This document shows positions 1 to 10,062 of a stretch of 64,000 nucleotides of DNA, one piece after another. Every line of letters starts with the position of its first letter. Within the stretch, counting starts at the first letter, position 1. Under the pieces are notes generated by a model. It ran no database searches. It saw only the letters and a list, made by a program, of their open reading frames with translations, and was not told the origin of the DNA. Location of the stretch: contig CALDIA010000088.1 of the NCBI GenBank assembly GCA_937901455.1, forward strand, positions 1,479-65,478, given 5' to 3'. Source of the stretch: an uncultured Bacteroidales bacterium. GTDB taxonomy: Bacteria; Bacteroidota; Bacteroidia; Bacteroidales; WCHB1-69. The position numbers and the translations under genes were made by a program.

Positions 1-1
1 T

Positions 2-550
2 CCCATCGGCGGTATCTTCTGGTTCGGTGTGGACGATTGCGCAAGCTCCTGTTTTGTACCCATGTACTGTGGCATCACCCGTATACCAAAGCAATATGCC
101 GAAGGCAATGGATCTATGGTGGAATATTCCCCCACCGCTGCCTTCTGGACCTTCACGAAAGTGAGTAACTTCGCATACTCCCGCTATTGCGACATGATCA
201 AACATATCAACGAAAAACAAGATTATTGGGAAAACCGCTTCATCAAAGAGACTCAAGACATGGCCTCAAATCTCGGCGAGCTTTATAAGAAAGACCCCGA
301 GATGGCGAATCTGAAGATTAATGAATACTCGAACAATGCCGCTACCAGTGTGGTTGACGAGTGGAACCGCCTGTTCGAATATCTTCTTGTCAAATATCAC
401 GATGGCAATATAAAACTGGAAGAGAACGGCAAATTCAAGACGAATGGGACAACCAAGCCTCAAGTGGTGTTCCCCGAACAGCCTGAGTACCCACAGCAAT
501 GGTACAAGATGATTGTGGACGATTGCGGCAACAACATCCAAGCCAAATAG
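2..550 (+). CDS. C69 family dipeptidase, C-terminal part (5' end outside window)
   Basis: The frame is open from nt 2 ('PIGGIFWFGVDDCASSCFVPMYCGITRIP...'). The WFGVDD..S.FVP.Y block and aromatic-rich tail fit peptidase family C69 as I remember it. The stop at 548-550 is followed by a hairpin terminator. Confidence 0.7.
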   Translation, partial: PIGGIFWFGVDDCASSCFVPMYCGITRIPKQYAEGNGSMVEYSPTAAFWTFTKVSNFAYSRYCDMIKHINEKQDYWENRFIKETQDMASNLGELYKKDPEMANLKINEYSNNAATSVVDEWNRLFEYLLVKYHDGNIKLEENGKFKTNGTTKPQVVFPEQPEYPQQWYKMIVDDCGNNIQAK

Positions 551-583
551 TGCAGCTTGTTTGATATATGCCCAATCCAAAAA

Positions 584-618
584 GCGGTTGCCGTTCGTAT
601 AACGGCAACCGCTTTTTT
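584..618. terminator. Bidirectional rho-independent terminator between convergent genes
   Basis: There is a perfect 12-bp stem, GCGGTTGCCGTT / AACGGCAACCGC, with a 5-nt loop. It is followed by TTTTTT on the + strand and preceded by AAAAA (a T-run on the - strand). Confidence 0.65.
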
Positions 619-1441
619 ACTGTTTTTCAAAAACCATATTGAGACCAAAAAATAATTTCTTTCGCAAAGCACGATGCCTCATGCTGAGGGCTTGTTCTTT
701 GTCTGCCATACGCTGGAGGTTATCTTTCTTATAGCAAAGAGAAGGCAGCACACGGATATATTTCAAACTGTCCTCTAATAAGTGGAAACCATTCTTGTTG
801 AAGAGCTGTCTCCATAACTGTTCCGAGCGGATATTCTCGTTACCCATCAGCACTTCCTTTTGCAAAACCTCGTCGTATTGAGAAATAATTCTTTTGTTTC
901 CTCGCTGGTGAAAGAGCATGAGACGTTTGAGCAGGCAGTCGCCGTTTTCCTCCACAAGTATAAGCTTGCCATTCTTCTTAAGCGCTTTGTGGAATATCCG
1001 AAGACCCTCTTCCACAGGCTCTATATGGTGGAGTGTATCTTGCAGGATAATATAGTCGAAACTTTCAGCCTCAATCTGTTGGTCAAAAAGATTGGCATAT
1101 TGGTAACAGAAAAGGGAAGTATTGCCATATTTGCTCCAAAATGTCCGTCTTTTCTCCCACTCTTCGGCGTAGTATTCCAAGGTTGTGCCGGTGACAGGTT
1201 GTCCCTTCATGGCAAAAAACAAGCCGGTAGTTCCATAGCCACAACCGCAATCCCACATGGAAGGCTTGTTTTCTATGTTTACAAAGTGGTCAATGTACTG
1301 CAGACGTTGTATGAAATATGCCTTACGGAACATTTGGGTGGCAACTGAGCCATCGGTCAGTTTGTAATAAGGATACAATGACCTGTTCTGGCGGAGTTCC
1401 TCGCACAAATGTTCGTAAAATTCTTCTATGCTCATGAACAA
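617..1441 (-). CDS. Class I SAM-dependent methyltransferase
   Basis: 274-aa ORF. It has the SAM-binding motif I 'WDCGCGYGTTGLFFA' and the downstream acidic/hydrophobic blocks 'DYIILQDTLHHI' and 'GKLILVE'. Confidence 0.8.
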   Translation of the reverse strand: MFMSIEEFYEHLCEELRQNRSLYPYYKLTDGSVATQMFRKAYFIQRLQYIDHFVNIENKPSMWDCGCGYGTTGLFFAMKGQPVTGTTLEYYAEEWEKRRTFWSKYGNTSLFCYQYANLFDQQIEAESFDYIILQDTLHHIEPVEEGLRIFHKALKKNGKLILVEENGDCLLKRLMLFHQRGNKRIISQYDEVLQKEVLMGNENIRSEQLWRQLFNKNGFHLLEDSLKYIRVLPSLCYKKDNLQRMADKEQALSMRHRALRKKLFFGLNMVFEKQ

Positions 1442-1455
1442 TAGCTTTTCGATTG

Positions 1456-1878
1456 TTATTCTTTGCTTGCCTCAAAGCGCATTATTTCTTGGTTGCCTTG
1501 GAGTAGAATCAGCGTGGGGCCGCTGATGGAGAAATTGTCAATGTCAGATTTCAATGCCTTCAGCATGGCTCTCTCGGTTTCCATGTTTTCACAAAGTTTC
1601 CGAGTGGACCCTGTATAACTCAGTGTCAGTTTCTGTTTGTGCTGGTAATAGGTGCCCATAAAGTCGTTGCACCCAAGGTTGCCTGAAAAGTTGCTTTCTT
1701 CATCAAAGATGATGAATGGTTGGGCGGGCAACTTGTCGGGGATGCCCTCTTGGAAGAGAGAGATGAGCATCCATTTGGTATTTTGCAGAGGCATGTCCTC
1801 GCTGGTGGCTTTCTTGGTGGATTTGCAGCAGGCGAAGCATACAAGGGTCAGCATGACTAAGGGTATGATTTTTTTCAT
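1456..1878 (-). CDS. META domain (HslJ-like) lipoprotein
   Basis: 140 aa. It has a lipoprotein-type signal '[18 protein letters not shown]', a 'NTKWMLISL' opening and a 'GCNDFMGTY' block typical of META/HslJ domains. Its start overlaps the engB stop by 4 nt. Confidence 0.7.
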   Translation of the reverse strand: MKKIIPLVMLTLVCFACCKSTKKATSEDMPLQNTKWMLISLFQEGIPDKLPAQPFIIFDEESNFSGNLGCNDFMGTYYQHKQKLTLSYTGSTRKLCENMETERAMLKALKSDIDNFSISGPTLILLQGNQEIMRFEASKE

Positions 1879-2492
1879 TCGTTAGAGAATTGAGGTGAAT
1901 ATTGTTGGTTGATAGATTCTATGTAATCCAATACCGCCTCTTTGCCGAGGCGGGTTTCTGCGGAGGTGGTCATCATCAGGGGCAGTTCCTCCCATTCCTC
2001 AGCCAAGGCGTTCTTCATGCGCTGGATGTTACCCTGTACTTTGCCGCTTGACACCTTGTCGGCTTTAGTGAATATCAGAGCGAAGGGGATTCCCTGTTCG
2101 CCGAGGTTGTGGATGAACTCCAGATCTATTTTTTGTGGTTCCAAGCGGGCATCTATCAGGACGAATATCAGTTGGAGATTTTCCCGATGGAGCAGGTATG
2201 AGGATATCATCGATTTCCATTTTTCCCGTTGGGTTTTGGAAATGGAGGCGTATCCGTATCCGGGCAGATCCACGAGGTACCAGTCTTTGTTGATAAGAAA
2301 ATGGTTGATGGTCTGGGTTTTACCAGGTTTGGAGGAGGTTTTGGCAAGTTGCTTGTTGTTGGTGAGCATATTGATCAAGGAGGACTTGCCCACGTTGGAG
2401 CGTCCGATGAAGGCGTACTCTGGCATGGTGGGTGGTGGGCACTTGCGCCAGTCGGTGTTGCTTTGTATGAAGATTGCCTGCTTGATAATCAT
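1875..2492 (-). CDS. engB: Ribosome biogenesis GTP-binding protein YihA/YsxC
   Basis: 205 aa. G1 is '[12 protein letters not shown]', G3 is 'DLPGYGYA' and G4 is 'TKADK'. Confidence 0.9.
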   Translation of the reverse strand: MIIKQAIFIQSNTDWRKCPPPTMPEYAFIGRSNVGKSSLINMLTNNKQLAKTSSKPGKTQTINHFLINKDWYLVDLPGYGYASISKTQREKWKSMISSYLLHRENLQLIFVLIDARLEPQKIDLEFIHNLGEQGIPFALIFTKADKVSSGKVQGNIQRMKNALAEEWEELPLMMTTSAETRLGKEAVLDYIESINQQYSPQFSNE

Positions 2493-2494
2493 AG

Positions 2495-3814
2495 TTACCT
2501 GCGTGCTAACCAGCTGTTTGGGTTTACGTGACTGTCGTTTTTCCAGAGTTCGAAATGGATTTCGTAGGTGTTGGTGGCGCTGTTCTTGGCCACGGTGGCG
2601 ATGGTCTGCTTGGTGGTCACCTTGTCGCCCTTTTTCACCTTCACGCCCGTCACATTTTGATATACGGAGATGTATTCGCCATGGCGAATCATGATGACTT
2701 TGGAGCCCATCACATCGAGCACGGCGGTCACCTCGCCTTGGAAGATGGCTCGCACGGGGGTGCCAGCCTCAGCCATGATGTCGATGCCATGGTTTTCCAC
2801 CATGACGGAAGGCACATCGGGGTGCGGGTAGTTGCCATAGTCGCTCACCTTGGCGCCTTTGGCCACGGGCCAGGGCAGGCTGCCCTTGTTGTTGACAAAG
2901 GAAGTGTTCAGTGTTTTCTCCTCGGGTGTCAGCGCAATGGTGGCTGTGTTGCGTGTGGATGTGCTGGATGATGTCGATGATGCGCTACTGGAAGAGGATG
3001 AGGTTCCCTTTGCCGCAGTGCTGGAGCTGGTCCCCTTCTTGCTGGCCTTCGCATTGGCGGCCGCAATCTCCGCCTTGATGGCCGCCTGAATGGCCGCATC
3101 TATCTTCTTTCGCTCCTGCTGTTGCTTCTTGAGCTCTGCATTCAACTGTTGCGTCTTCTTCTTCAAAGCTTCCGCATTCTTGGTCTTCTGATTGCGGTCC
3201 TTCTCCAACTGCTTGATCTCTTTCTCCTTTCCCGAAAGTACCGTGAGTTTCTCCCCTTTCAGTTGGATAATCTCCTCATTCTTTTGCTGCAACTCATCCT
3301 TGGTCTTGGCAATCTCCGCCACCTGCTCTTTCATGCTTTGGGAAATTAGCCGGTAATAACGAATGCGATGAAACATCTGCTGAAAATCATCGGCCGCCAG
3401 TATGAAGGTGATCTTCTCCATCAGCCGACGATGACGATAGGCCATATAGACGACCTGTGCATAGTCGGTCTTCATATAGTCCAATTTTTTCTGTAATGTG
3501 CCGATGCTCTGCTGATTTTCCTCTTGTTGCACCTCAATTTGCAGAAGCTCGTTATTCAGGGAGGTGATGTATTTCTCCCGGTTATGGATCTGTTGGCGCA
3601 GAACTGCAGCTTGTTGCAGAGTAGCCTGCTGATTTTTTTCCGTTTTCTTGAGCAGATTCTGCGTGTTGGCAATCTCTCTCTCCAACTGCTGCTTGTCCTG
3701 CTTGAGCTGCGAACTGCTCTTTTTCTGCCCATAGAGCGGTGAAAACACACTGAAAACCGCAACTATGAGACATAGACACAAGCTTTTTTGGAGGATGAAA
3801 CGGTAATGATGCAT
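2495..3814 (-). CDS. Murein hydrolase activator EnvC-like / M23 family peptidase with coiled-coil
   Basis: 439 aa. It has a signal peptide, a long Q/K/E-rich coiled coil, a Ser/Thr linker and a C-terminal LytM/M23 domain ('[21 protein letters not shown]...[13 protein letters not shown]'). Confidence 0.85.
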   Translation of the reverse strand: MHHYRFILQKSLCLCLIVAVFSVFSPLYGQKKSSSQLKQDKQQLEREIANTQNLLKKTEKNQQATLQQAAVLRQQIHNREKYITSLNNELLQIEVQQEENQQSIGTLQKKLDYMKTDYAQVVYMAYRHRRLMEKITFILAADDFQQMFHRIRYYRLISQSMKEQVAEIAKTKDELQQKNEEIIQLKGEKLTVLSGKEKEIKQLEKDRNQKTKNAEALKKKTQQLNAELKKQQQERKKIDAAIQAAIKAEIAAANAKASKKGTSSSTAAKGTSSSSSSASSTSSSTSTRNTATIALTPEEKTLNTSFVNNKGSLPWPVAKGAKVSDYGNYPHPDVPSVMVENHGIDIMAEAGTPVRAIFQGEVTAVLDVMGSKVIMIRHGEYISVYQNVTGVKVKKGDKVTTKQTIATVAKNSATNTYEIHFELWKNDSHVNPNSWLARR

Positions 3815-3922
3815 ACTACGTATATTAAGTTGGCAAAGATACGCTATTGCCCCGAATTATTTTGTCTTACCCATTTATTTTATAAACATCATAACGTTAA
3901 TTGATGGCCCGATATTTTTTAT

Positions 3923-3930
3923 TATCTTTG
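3923..3930 (+). promoter_or_regulatory. Candidate Bacteroidota sigma-A -7 box (TAnnTTTG) for purL
   Basis: TATCTTTG ends 28 nt upstream of ATG 3958. It lies inside the ORF-track N-terminal extension (3901-3957), which argues that 3958 is the real start. Confidence 0.45.
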
Positions 3931-3957
3931 CGACCTCAAAAAAAATCATTTCGTTGT

Positions 3958-6900
3958 ATGCGTAACGCTCGTATTTTCATAGAGAAGAAACCAGGCTTTA
4001 ACATTGAAGCGCAGAGTCTGAAAAACACTTTAAATCATAATTTTAATCTTCATATCCGCCATCTCCGCAGGTTGATTGTGTACGATATATTCAATGTTGA
4101 CGACAACTTGTTGGCGCGGGCCAAAGGGGTGATTTTTTCTGAACCCGTCACCGACAATGTGTTTGAGACGGTGGACCTCACCAACCAGACCTACGTGGCG
4201 GTGGAATACTTGCCCGGGCAATTTGACCAGCGTGCCGACAGTGCCATGCAGTGCTTGGCATTATTGGACCCCAAGACCGAAGCGGTTATCAAAAGTGCCA
4301 CCCTGTATATCCTGGATGCTGACCTTTCTGATAATGAGTATCAGCAGATTAAGAAATACTGCATCAACGAGGTGGAGGCCCGTGAGAAGAATATGGCGGT
4401 GCTGGAATTGACTGAGAACCCCGATGTGCAGGATGTGCCCGTATATGAAGCGTTTCTCGATTGGGAAACAGACCAGCTGGAGGATTTTCGCCAAAAGATG
4501 GGTCTGGCCATGTCGCTGGAAGACCTTTGCTTTGTACAATCCTATTTCAAAAAAGAGGAGCGTCGTGTACCCACTGATACGGAAATCAAGTTGTTGGACA
4601 CCTATTGGAGCGATCATTGCCGTCATACCACCTTTGAAACGGAGTTGACAAAGATCACCTTCAAGCCATCCACATTCCAGCAGCAGTTGCAAGAAGCGTA
4701 TGACCAGTACCTTGCGTTGCGCCGAGAGGTGTATGGAGAACGTGAAAAGCCGCAAACCTTGATGGATATGGCTTCCATCAATGGCAAGTATGAACGTAAG
4801 GCAGGCAATCTTCCCGATATGGAGGTCTCGGAAGAAAACAACGCCTGTAGCATTCATATCACCGTGGAGGTGGATGGTCGTAAGGAGCCTTGGTTACTGA
4901 TGTACAAGAATGAAACCCATAACCATCCTACTGAGATAGAGCCTTTTGGAGGAGCTGCCACTTGTGTCGGTGGAGCCATTCGCGACCCCCTGAGCGGCCG
5001 TAGTTACGTCTATCAGGCATTACGTGTGACGGGTGCCGGTGACATTAACGCACCCATCAGTGAGACCATTGAGGGCAAACTTCCGCAGTCGGTGATTTCC
5101 AAGAGTGCTGCAGCGGGTTATTCCTCCTATGGAAACCAAATTGGCTTGGCCACCACGCATGTCAGGGAGTTGTATCACGACAACTACCGGGCCAAGCGCC
5201 TGGAGATTGGAGCCGTGGTGGGAGCGGCCCCGCTGGACCATGTGCGCCGCGAGCGCCCGCAGCCCGGCGATGTCATCATCATGTTCGGTGGCCGCACCGG
5301 TCGTGACGGCATTGGAGGCGCCACGGGATCTTCCAAGGAACATAACGAGAAATCGCTCGACACCTGCGCCGCCGAAGTGCAAAAAGGCAACGCTCCCGAA
5401 GAGCGCAAAATTCAACACCTCTTCCGCCGCCCCGAGGTTACCCGCCTTATCAAAAAATCCAACGACTTTGGTGCCGGCGGCGTCAGCGTTGCTATCGGTG
5501 AACTGGCCGACGGACTCACCATCAACCTCGACACCGTCAGGACCAAGTACAAGGGTCTAAACGGCACAGAGGTGGCTATCAGCGAATCACAAGAACGAAT
5601 GAGCGTGGTGGTGGACAAACAGGATGTAGAGCAATTCTTTGAATACTGCCGTCAGGAAAACCTGGAAGCCAATATCATCGCCTACGTTACCGATGATAAC
5701 CGCCTGACCATGACATGGCGCGGCAAGACCATCGTCAGCTTGAGTAGAGACTTTATCAACACCAACGGCGTACGACAAAAAACAGAAGCTGTTGTCAACA
5801 CGATACCTGAAGAGGTGCTGGCTGCGGAGCCAGTGAAAGGCAACACTATGCAAGAGCGTGTCATCAATTGTTTAACCAACCCCAACGTGGCGTCCCAGAA
5901 AGGCCTTGTTGAGATGTTCGACGCCACCATCGGTGCCACTACTGTGCTGATGCCATTTGGCGGCAAACACCAACTGACGGAAACGCAGGCTTCTGTGCAA
6001 AAACTGCCCGTGCTGCATGGCCATACCAATACCTGCTCGGTGATGGCTTTCGGCTATAACCCCTTCATAGCTATGAAGTCCCCGTTCCACGCCTCCGTAT
6101 TTGCCATTCTTGAATCGATGTCTAAGGTGGTGGCTACAGGTGCGGACTACAAGACTATCCGTTTCACCTTTCAGGAGTATTTCGAGAAGATGGCCGGCGT
6201 ACCCGAGCGCTGGGGCAAGCCCGTGGCTGCTATGCTCGGCTCTGTCTGGATGCTCAAAGCCTTCGACTTGGCCTCTTTGGGTGGTAAAGACTCCATGAGT
6301 GGTACCTTCAAGAATATGCACGTGCCGCCCACATTCGTGTCTTTTGCCATCACTCCCGCCGATGCCAAAGCTATCATATCCCCAGAGTTCAAAAAAGAGG
6401 GTAATTATATCTATTTTATACAAAATAAGATAGAAAATGCCCTGCCAAACATCGAGCAAACTAAACATATTTTTGAATTTGTTCACCAAAAAATTGTGGA
6501 AAAACAGATTGTTTCCGCCTTTACACTGCAATTTGGAGGCATTATGGAAGCTTTGGCTAAAATGAGCTTCGGCAATGATCTTGGCTTCAATATCCAGACG
6601 GATCTCAACCTGTTTGACTACGGCTATGGTAGCTTTGTGGTGGAGAGCACTACGCCCTTGGATGCGGACTATGCCATCTTCTTGGGCAAGGTGGATGAAA
6701 ACTTTGTTGTCAATGGCGAACAGATAGACAAAGCTGCTTGTTTGGCGGCATGGAGAGGGGTTTATCACAAGCTCTATCCTGAGATGTGTGCCAATGAGAC
6801 AGTATCTGTTGGGACAGAGTTTGCCTCTGAGAAGGCAACCCTTCGTGTGATGGGCGAACATGTCCATGTGGCACGTCCCAGAGTCATCCTTCCCGTGTTC

Positions 6901-7671
6901 CCGGGCACCAACTGCGACTACGATACGGCCAAGGCTTTTGAGGATGCCGGTGCCGACCCCCGTATTTTCGTTTTCCGGAATCTTAATGAAACAGAGATCA
7001 ATAACTCCATTAACGAATTGGCAGCTGCTATTGATGAATCGCATATATTGGCCTTGAGTGGTGGTTTTAGTCTGGGCGATGAGCCCGATGGCAGCGGCAA
7101 GTTTATTGCCAATGTGCTGAACCAGCCCAAGGTGAAAGTCGCTGTGGAGCGTCTGCTGCAGCGTAAGGGCTTGACACTTGGCATCTGCAACGGCTTCCAA
7201 GCGCTGGTAAAGTCCGGATTGCTGCCCGATGGACATATCGGAGAGGTGGATGCACAGTCGCCGACCCTGTACCACAACAATATCAACCGCCACATTTCGC
7301 GGCTTGTGCGCACGCGCGTGGCTACAGTCCACTCCCCGTGGCTTTCCTCTTTCCAAGTCGGGGATGTTCACACCATCGCTGTCAGCCATGGCGAAGGCAA
7401 GTTCATTGTCACTCCCGAAATGGCCAAACGACTTTTTGAAAACGGACAGGTGGCCTTCCAATATTGCGATGAACAAGGCAAACCCACCATGGATCCTGCC
7501 GACAACCCCAATGGCTCCTTCTATGCCATTGAAGGAATCGTCTCTCCCGATGGTCTGATTCTTGGCAAGATGGGACATAGCGAGCGCAAAGGCGAGAACT
7601 TGTATAAGAATGTGGAGGGCAACAAGGATCAGGATATATTCCGTAATGCGGTAGAGTATTTCACGAAATAA
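3958..7671 (+). CDS. purL: Phosphoribosylformylglycinamidine synthase (single-chain large PurL)
   Basis: 1,237 aa from ATG 3958. It has FGAM synthase blocks ('YWSDHCRHTTF', 'NHPTEIEPFGGAATCVGGAIRD') and a C-terminal glutamine amidotransferase with 'LGICNGFQAL' and 'SHGEG'. Confidence 0.95.
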   Translation: MRNARIFIEKKPGFNIEAQSLKNTLNHNFNLHIRHLRRLIVYDIFNVDDNLLARAKGVIFSEPVTDNVFETVDLTNQTYVAVEYLPGQFDQRADSAMQCLALLDPKTEAVIKSATLYILDADLSDNEYQQIKKYCINEVEAREKNMAVLELTENPDVQDVPVYEAFLDWETDQLEDFRQKMGLAMSLEDLCFVQSYFKKEERRVPTDTEIKLLDTYWSDHCRHTTFETELTKITFKPSTFQQQLQEAYDQYLALRREVYGEREKPQTLMDMASINGKYERKAGNLPDMEVSEENNACSIHITVEVDGRKEPWLLMYKNETHNHPTEIEPFGGAATCVGGAIRDPLSGRSYVYQALRVTGAGDINAPISETIEGKLPQSVISKSAAAGYSSYGNQIGLATTHVRELYHDNYRAKRLEIGAVVGAAPLDHVRRERPQPGDVIIMFGGRTGRDGIGGATGSSKEHNEKSLDTCAAEVQKGNAPEERKIQHLFRRPEVTRLIKKSNDFGAGGVSVAIGELADGLTINLDTVRTKYKGLNGTEVAISESQERMSVVVDKQDVEQFFEYCRQENLEANIIAYVTDDNRLTMTWRGKTIVSLSRDFINTNGVRQKTEAVVNTIPEEVLAAEPVKGNTMQERVINCLTNPNVASQKGLVEMFDATIGATTVLMPFGGKHQLTETQASVQKLPVLHGHTNTCSVMAFGYNPFIAMKSPFHASVFAILESMSKVVATGADYKTIRFTFQEYFEKMAGVPERWGKPVAAMLGSVWMLKAFDLASLGGKDSMSGTFKNMHVPPTFVSFAITPADAKAIISPEFKKEGNYIYFIQNKIENALPNIEQTKHIFEFVHQKIVEKQIVSAFTLQFGGIMEALAKMSFGNDLGFNIQTDLNLFDYGYGSFVVESTTPLDADYAIFLGKVDENFVVNGEQIDKAACLAAWRGVYHKLYPEMCANETVSVGTEFASEKATLRVMGEHVHVARPRVILPVFPGTNCDYDTAKAFEDAGADPRIFVFRNLNETEINNSINELAAAIDESHILALSGGFSLGDEPDGSGKFIANVLNQPKVKVAVERLLQRKGLTLGICNGFQALVKSGLLPDGHIGEVDAQSPTLYHNNINRHISRLVRTRVATVHSPWLSSFQVGDVHTIAVSHGEGKFIVTPEMAKRLFENGQVAFQYCDEQGKPTMDPADNPNGSFYAIEGIVSPDGLILGKMGHSERKGENLYKNVEGNKDQDIFRNAVEYFTK

Positions 7672-8366
7672 TGGAAACACAGGGTCCCAATATCGAGCAA
7701 AACAGCCTGATAGAGCTCAGAGTGGAGAATGTGTTGCCTTCTCCGCAAACCACGGATGCCTTTTCCCTTATATTGCGAGAACTCCGAGAGGAGTATGACG
7801 AGCAAGGTACCCATCAGGTTCCCACCAACCGCTACATCTCCATCATCATTGGCCAAAGCGAGGCGAGAGCTATACTGGTGGAGTTGAACAAACTGCCCAC
7901 GCATCGGCCGCTTACCCACGAACTCTTCCACATACTGTCGCTGCATACGCGCTGTGATCTGCTGATGGTCAATATTATACATTATGAAAACGGGGTCTAT
8001 TACGCGGACATGGTGCTGATCAACCACCAGAACGGCAAGACTATCCACATCGATGCCCGTCCCTCCGATGCTATCGCATTAGCCCTGAAATTGGGGGTGA
8101 TGATTCATATCCGTTCCGATATTTTCGAGGAGAATTATCAATCAGATGACAAAGAATCTGAAGAAGGACCCGCATTTAATGCCCCGATGGAAGCTTATGA
8201 CCGTGAAGGATTGCGTGAAGAAAAACAATCGAGGGAAGCGGAGTTCAGTATCGAGTTGGCTGAGATGTCTAAAGAGGAGTTGCAAGAACTGTTGGAGGCG
8301 GCGGTGGACAGTGAGGATTATGAATTAGCGGAGAAAATCCAGCACGAGCTTGACAAGCGGGGGTGA
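7671..8366 (+). CDS. Bifunctional nuclease (DUF151/BFN) family protein with C-terminal UVR motif
   Basis: 231 aa. It has the BFN core 'ISIIIGQSEARAILVEL...HRPLTHELF...DARPSDAIALALK' and a C-terminal 'ELLEAAVDSEDYELAEKIQHEL' UvrB/C-type motif. The ATG overlaps the purL TAA by 1 nt (TAATG). Confidence 0.8.
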   Translation: METQGPNIEQNSLIELRVENVLPSPQTTDAFSLILRELREEYDEQGTHQVPTNRYISIIIGQSEARAILVELNKLPTHRPLTHELFHILSLHTRCDLLMVNIIHYENGVYYADMVLINHQNGKTIHIDARPSDAIALALKLGVMIHIRSDIFEENYQSDDKESEEGPAFNAPMEAYDREGLREEKQSREAEFSIELAEMSKEELQELLEAAVDSEDYELAEKIQHELDKRG

Positions 8367-8370
8367 GTTG

Positions 8371-8836
8371 TTATTTGCGCTGGAAGCAGGCCGCGGCATT
8401 GCTGGTGGTCAGGAACTTACCGTATATCCGCTGCAAAATCATTCCGGATTGAGGAGATATAAAGGCCTTATAGAGGTAGGACATCTCTTTGAAAGGAGGT
8501 TTTTGATAATCCCCCCGCAAAAGGGTATCGATATCGGAATTTCGAATGACAACACTCGTAGGGGAATTGAAATCCATAATGACTGACAATATTTTGAATA
8601 TAAGGATGTGAATTCACATCCAACAGGATAGTTTTTGACAGCCAGTTGTAGAAGAACGCATTTTGGCAGGAATCATCATCTTCATTATTCGAGAGTTCTT
8701 CATCTATCTCAAGGATTGCTGTGATCCCTCAGCCAACCGAAAAAAGGCTGGTATTATAAGTCAACCCCATTTTGTTATACTCATAACCAAGAATAGAATC
8801 CGCATATTTGTTCTGAATATAAGGATTACATCTTGT
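8371..8836 (-). pseudogene. Possible decayed gene of unknown family (in-frame TGA plus a frameshift); the last 72 codons may survive as a small ORF
   Basis: On the minus strand one frame reads '...NPYIQNKYADSILGYEYNKMGLTYNTSLFSVG*GITAILEIDEELSNNEDDDSCQNAFFYNWLSKTILLDVNSHPYIQNIVSHYGF', with a single TGA inside. Protein-like sequence then continues in a shifted frame as the 72-aa ORF 8371-8589. I recognise no family. Confidence 0.25.
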
Positions 8837-8952
8837 CTAATATTATTTTTTCGTTTATTGTGTATTAAACATACAGAGAAAAAAGAACAATGAGCATCAG
8901 CAATCTCCGCGTTCATCTGCGTGGTCTGCGGGAATGTTTTGAGGGTTTGTTT

Positions 8953-10056
8953 TCACAGTCCCTCGGCAACGATAATGGCCGAAGCGAAAGCAAAAAAGAG
9001 ATTGTATCCTCCGCAGATGCCGTCCATATCCAGCATTTCTCCCATAACGAAGAGATTCGGGTGCTGTCTCAGCTGGAGATGATCGTCCACTTCCACCAGA
9101 TCGATACCGCCGTGGCATACTTGTGCAAAGGTCAGGTCGTAAGGCTCGTCAATGGCCAGGTCGAAATTTCTGATATCAAAAGGTTTATGTTCGTAATGCG
9201 CATTGAGTTTCGGATGGAGGATGCCTTGTAAAGAACCATGTTGCCGCAGATGTTCTTTTGGATCTGTTTTCTCATCATGGTAAAGGAAGTTCAATGCAAT
9301 GTGGCAGTTTTCTTTCTTCTCCAGGCGGTTGTAGTAGGCTGATAGATTCAGGATGACGATGCCTGAGATGCCGTCATCTTTAAAAGTGATCTCACCAAAC
9401 TCCTTGTGTATAAGTCTATGGCCTTGATATAAAGAGGCGATGGCTTTGACCCTGCAGCCAGACAGGCGGGTGGGGTAGTCCTTAATCTTGAAACCGACCA
9501 GAGAGGGTACGCATGTATGCATATGAAGACCTAAAGAGGAAAGATACGCGTTGTATTGTTTTCTGTTCTTGGCAATCATGTTGGCGGGGCTGCCGGAGGC
9601 GAGCACCACCGTGTTAAAAGCAGTTGGGTAGTCGTTGATGCGCCAGTGGTCGTCTTCGCGCGCGAGTTTTTTGACTTCATATTCCAGATTGGAATGGATG
9701 TGAGGATTGACAGGTTGCCAGAGGACATCGACCGCGGTTTGGGAGAACTGAGAGAGGGGATAGACGCGTCCCTCTTCATCGGTAGTCATCATCAGGCCGA
9801 AGGATTCGAAGACTTGGCGAAGTCGATCAGGGGTTACCTTTTGTAGAACTTGGGTTGCAAAATCCGGATGATTGTAGCAATCTGGCGTCACATGGTCGTT
9901 GAAGAGGTTGGCCTTGCCGCCGCCCGATGCGCGCAACTTGGTGCCCACCTCTCTGTTGCGTTCAAAGAGATAAATCTGCATATTGGGTTTCTCCAACAGC
10001 AGTCGTGCAAGCATCAAGCCCGATGCGCCGCCCCCGATGATGGCCACATTATGCAT
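8953..10056 (-). CDS. NAD(P)/FAD-dependent oxidoreductase, BaiN/HI0933-like flavoprotein
   Basis: 367 aa. It has an N-terminal dinucleotide fold 'VAIIGGGASGLMLARLL' and 'SGGGKANLFN', and a C-terminal 'GEMLDMDGICGGYNLFFAFASA' typical of the HI0933 family. Confidence 0.8.
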   Translation of the reverse strand: MHNVAIIGGGASGLMLARLLLEKPNMQIYLFERNREVGTKLRASGGGKANLFNDHVTPDCYNHPDFATQVLQKVTPDRLRQVFESFGLMMTTDEEGRVYPLSQFSQTAVDVLWQPVNPHIHSNLEYEVKKLAREDDHWRINDYPTAFNTVVLASGSPANMIAKNRKQYNAYLSSLGLHMHTCVPSLVGFKIKDYPTRLSGCRVKAIASLYQGHRLIHKEFGEITFKDDGISGIVILNLSAYYNRLEKKENCHIALNFLYHDEKTDPKEHLRQHGSLQGILHPKLNAHYEHKPFDIRNFDLAIDEPYDLTFAQVCHGGIDLVEVDDHLQLRQHPNLFVMGEMLDMDGICGGYNLFFAFASAIIVAEGL

Positions 10057-10062
10057 GACCCG

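Noticed and set aside
2944-3049. A Ser/Thr-rich low-complexity tract ('[31 protein letters not shown]') in the EnvC-like gene, considered as a contingency repeat.
   Set aside because: At the DNA level it is not a perfect microsatellite, because codons vary. Such linkers between the coiled coil and the LytM domain are ordinary.
5872-7680. A 602-aa ORF antisense to purL, the longest non-annotated ORF in the window.
   Set aside because: It is completely contained in the unmistakable purL reading frame on the other strand. Its translation is low-complexity (G/V/H/A/L-rich) with no recognisable motif, promoter box or independent stop/start context. It is a typical shadow ORF of a codon-biased gene.
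8890-9231. A 113-aa plus-strand ORF at the 3' end of the BaiN-like gene.
   Set aside because: It overlaps the well-supported minus-strand flavoprotein gene for most of its length. It has no motif and no promoter box.
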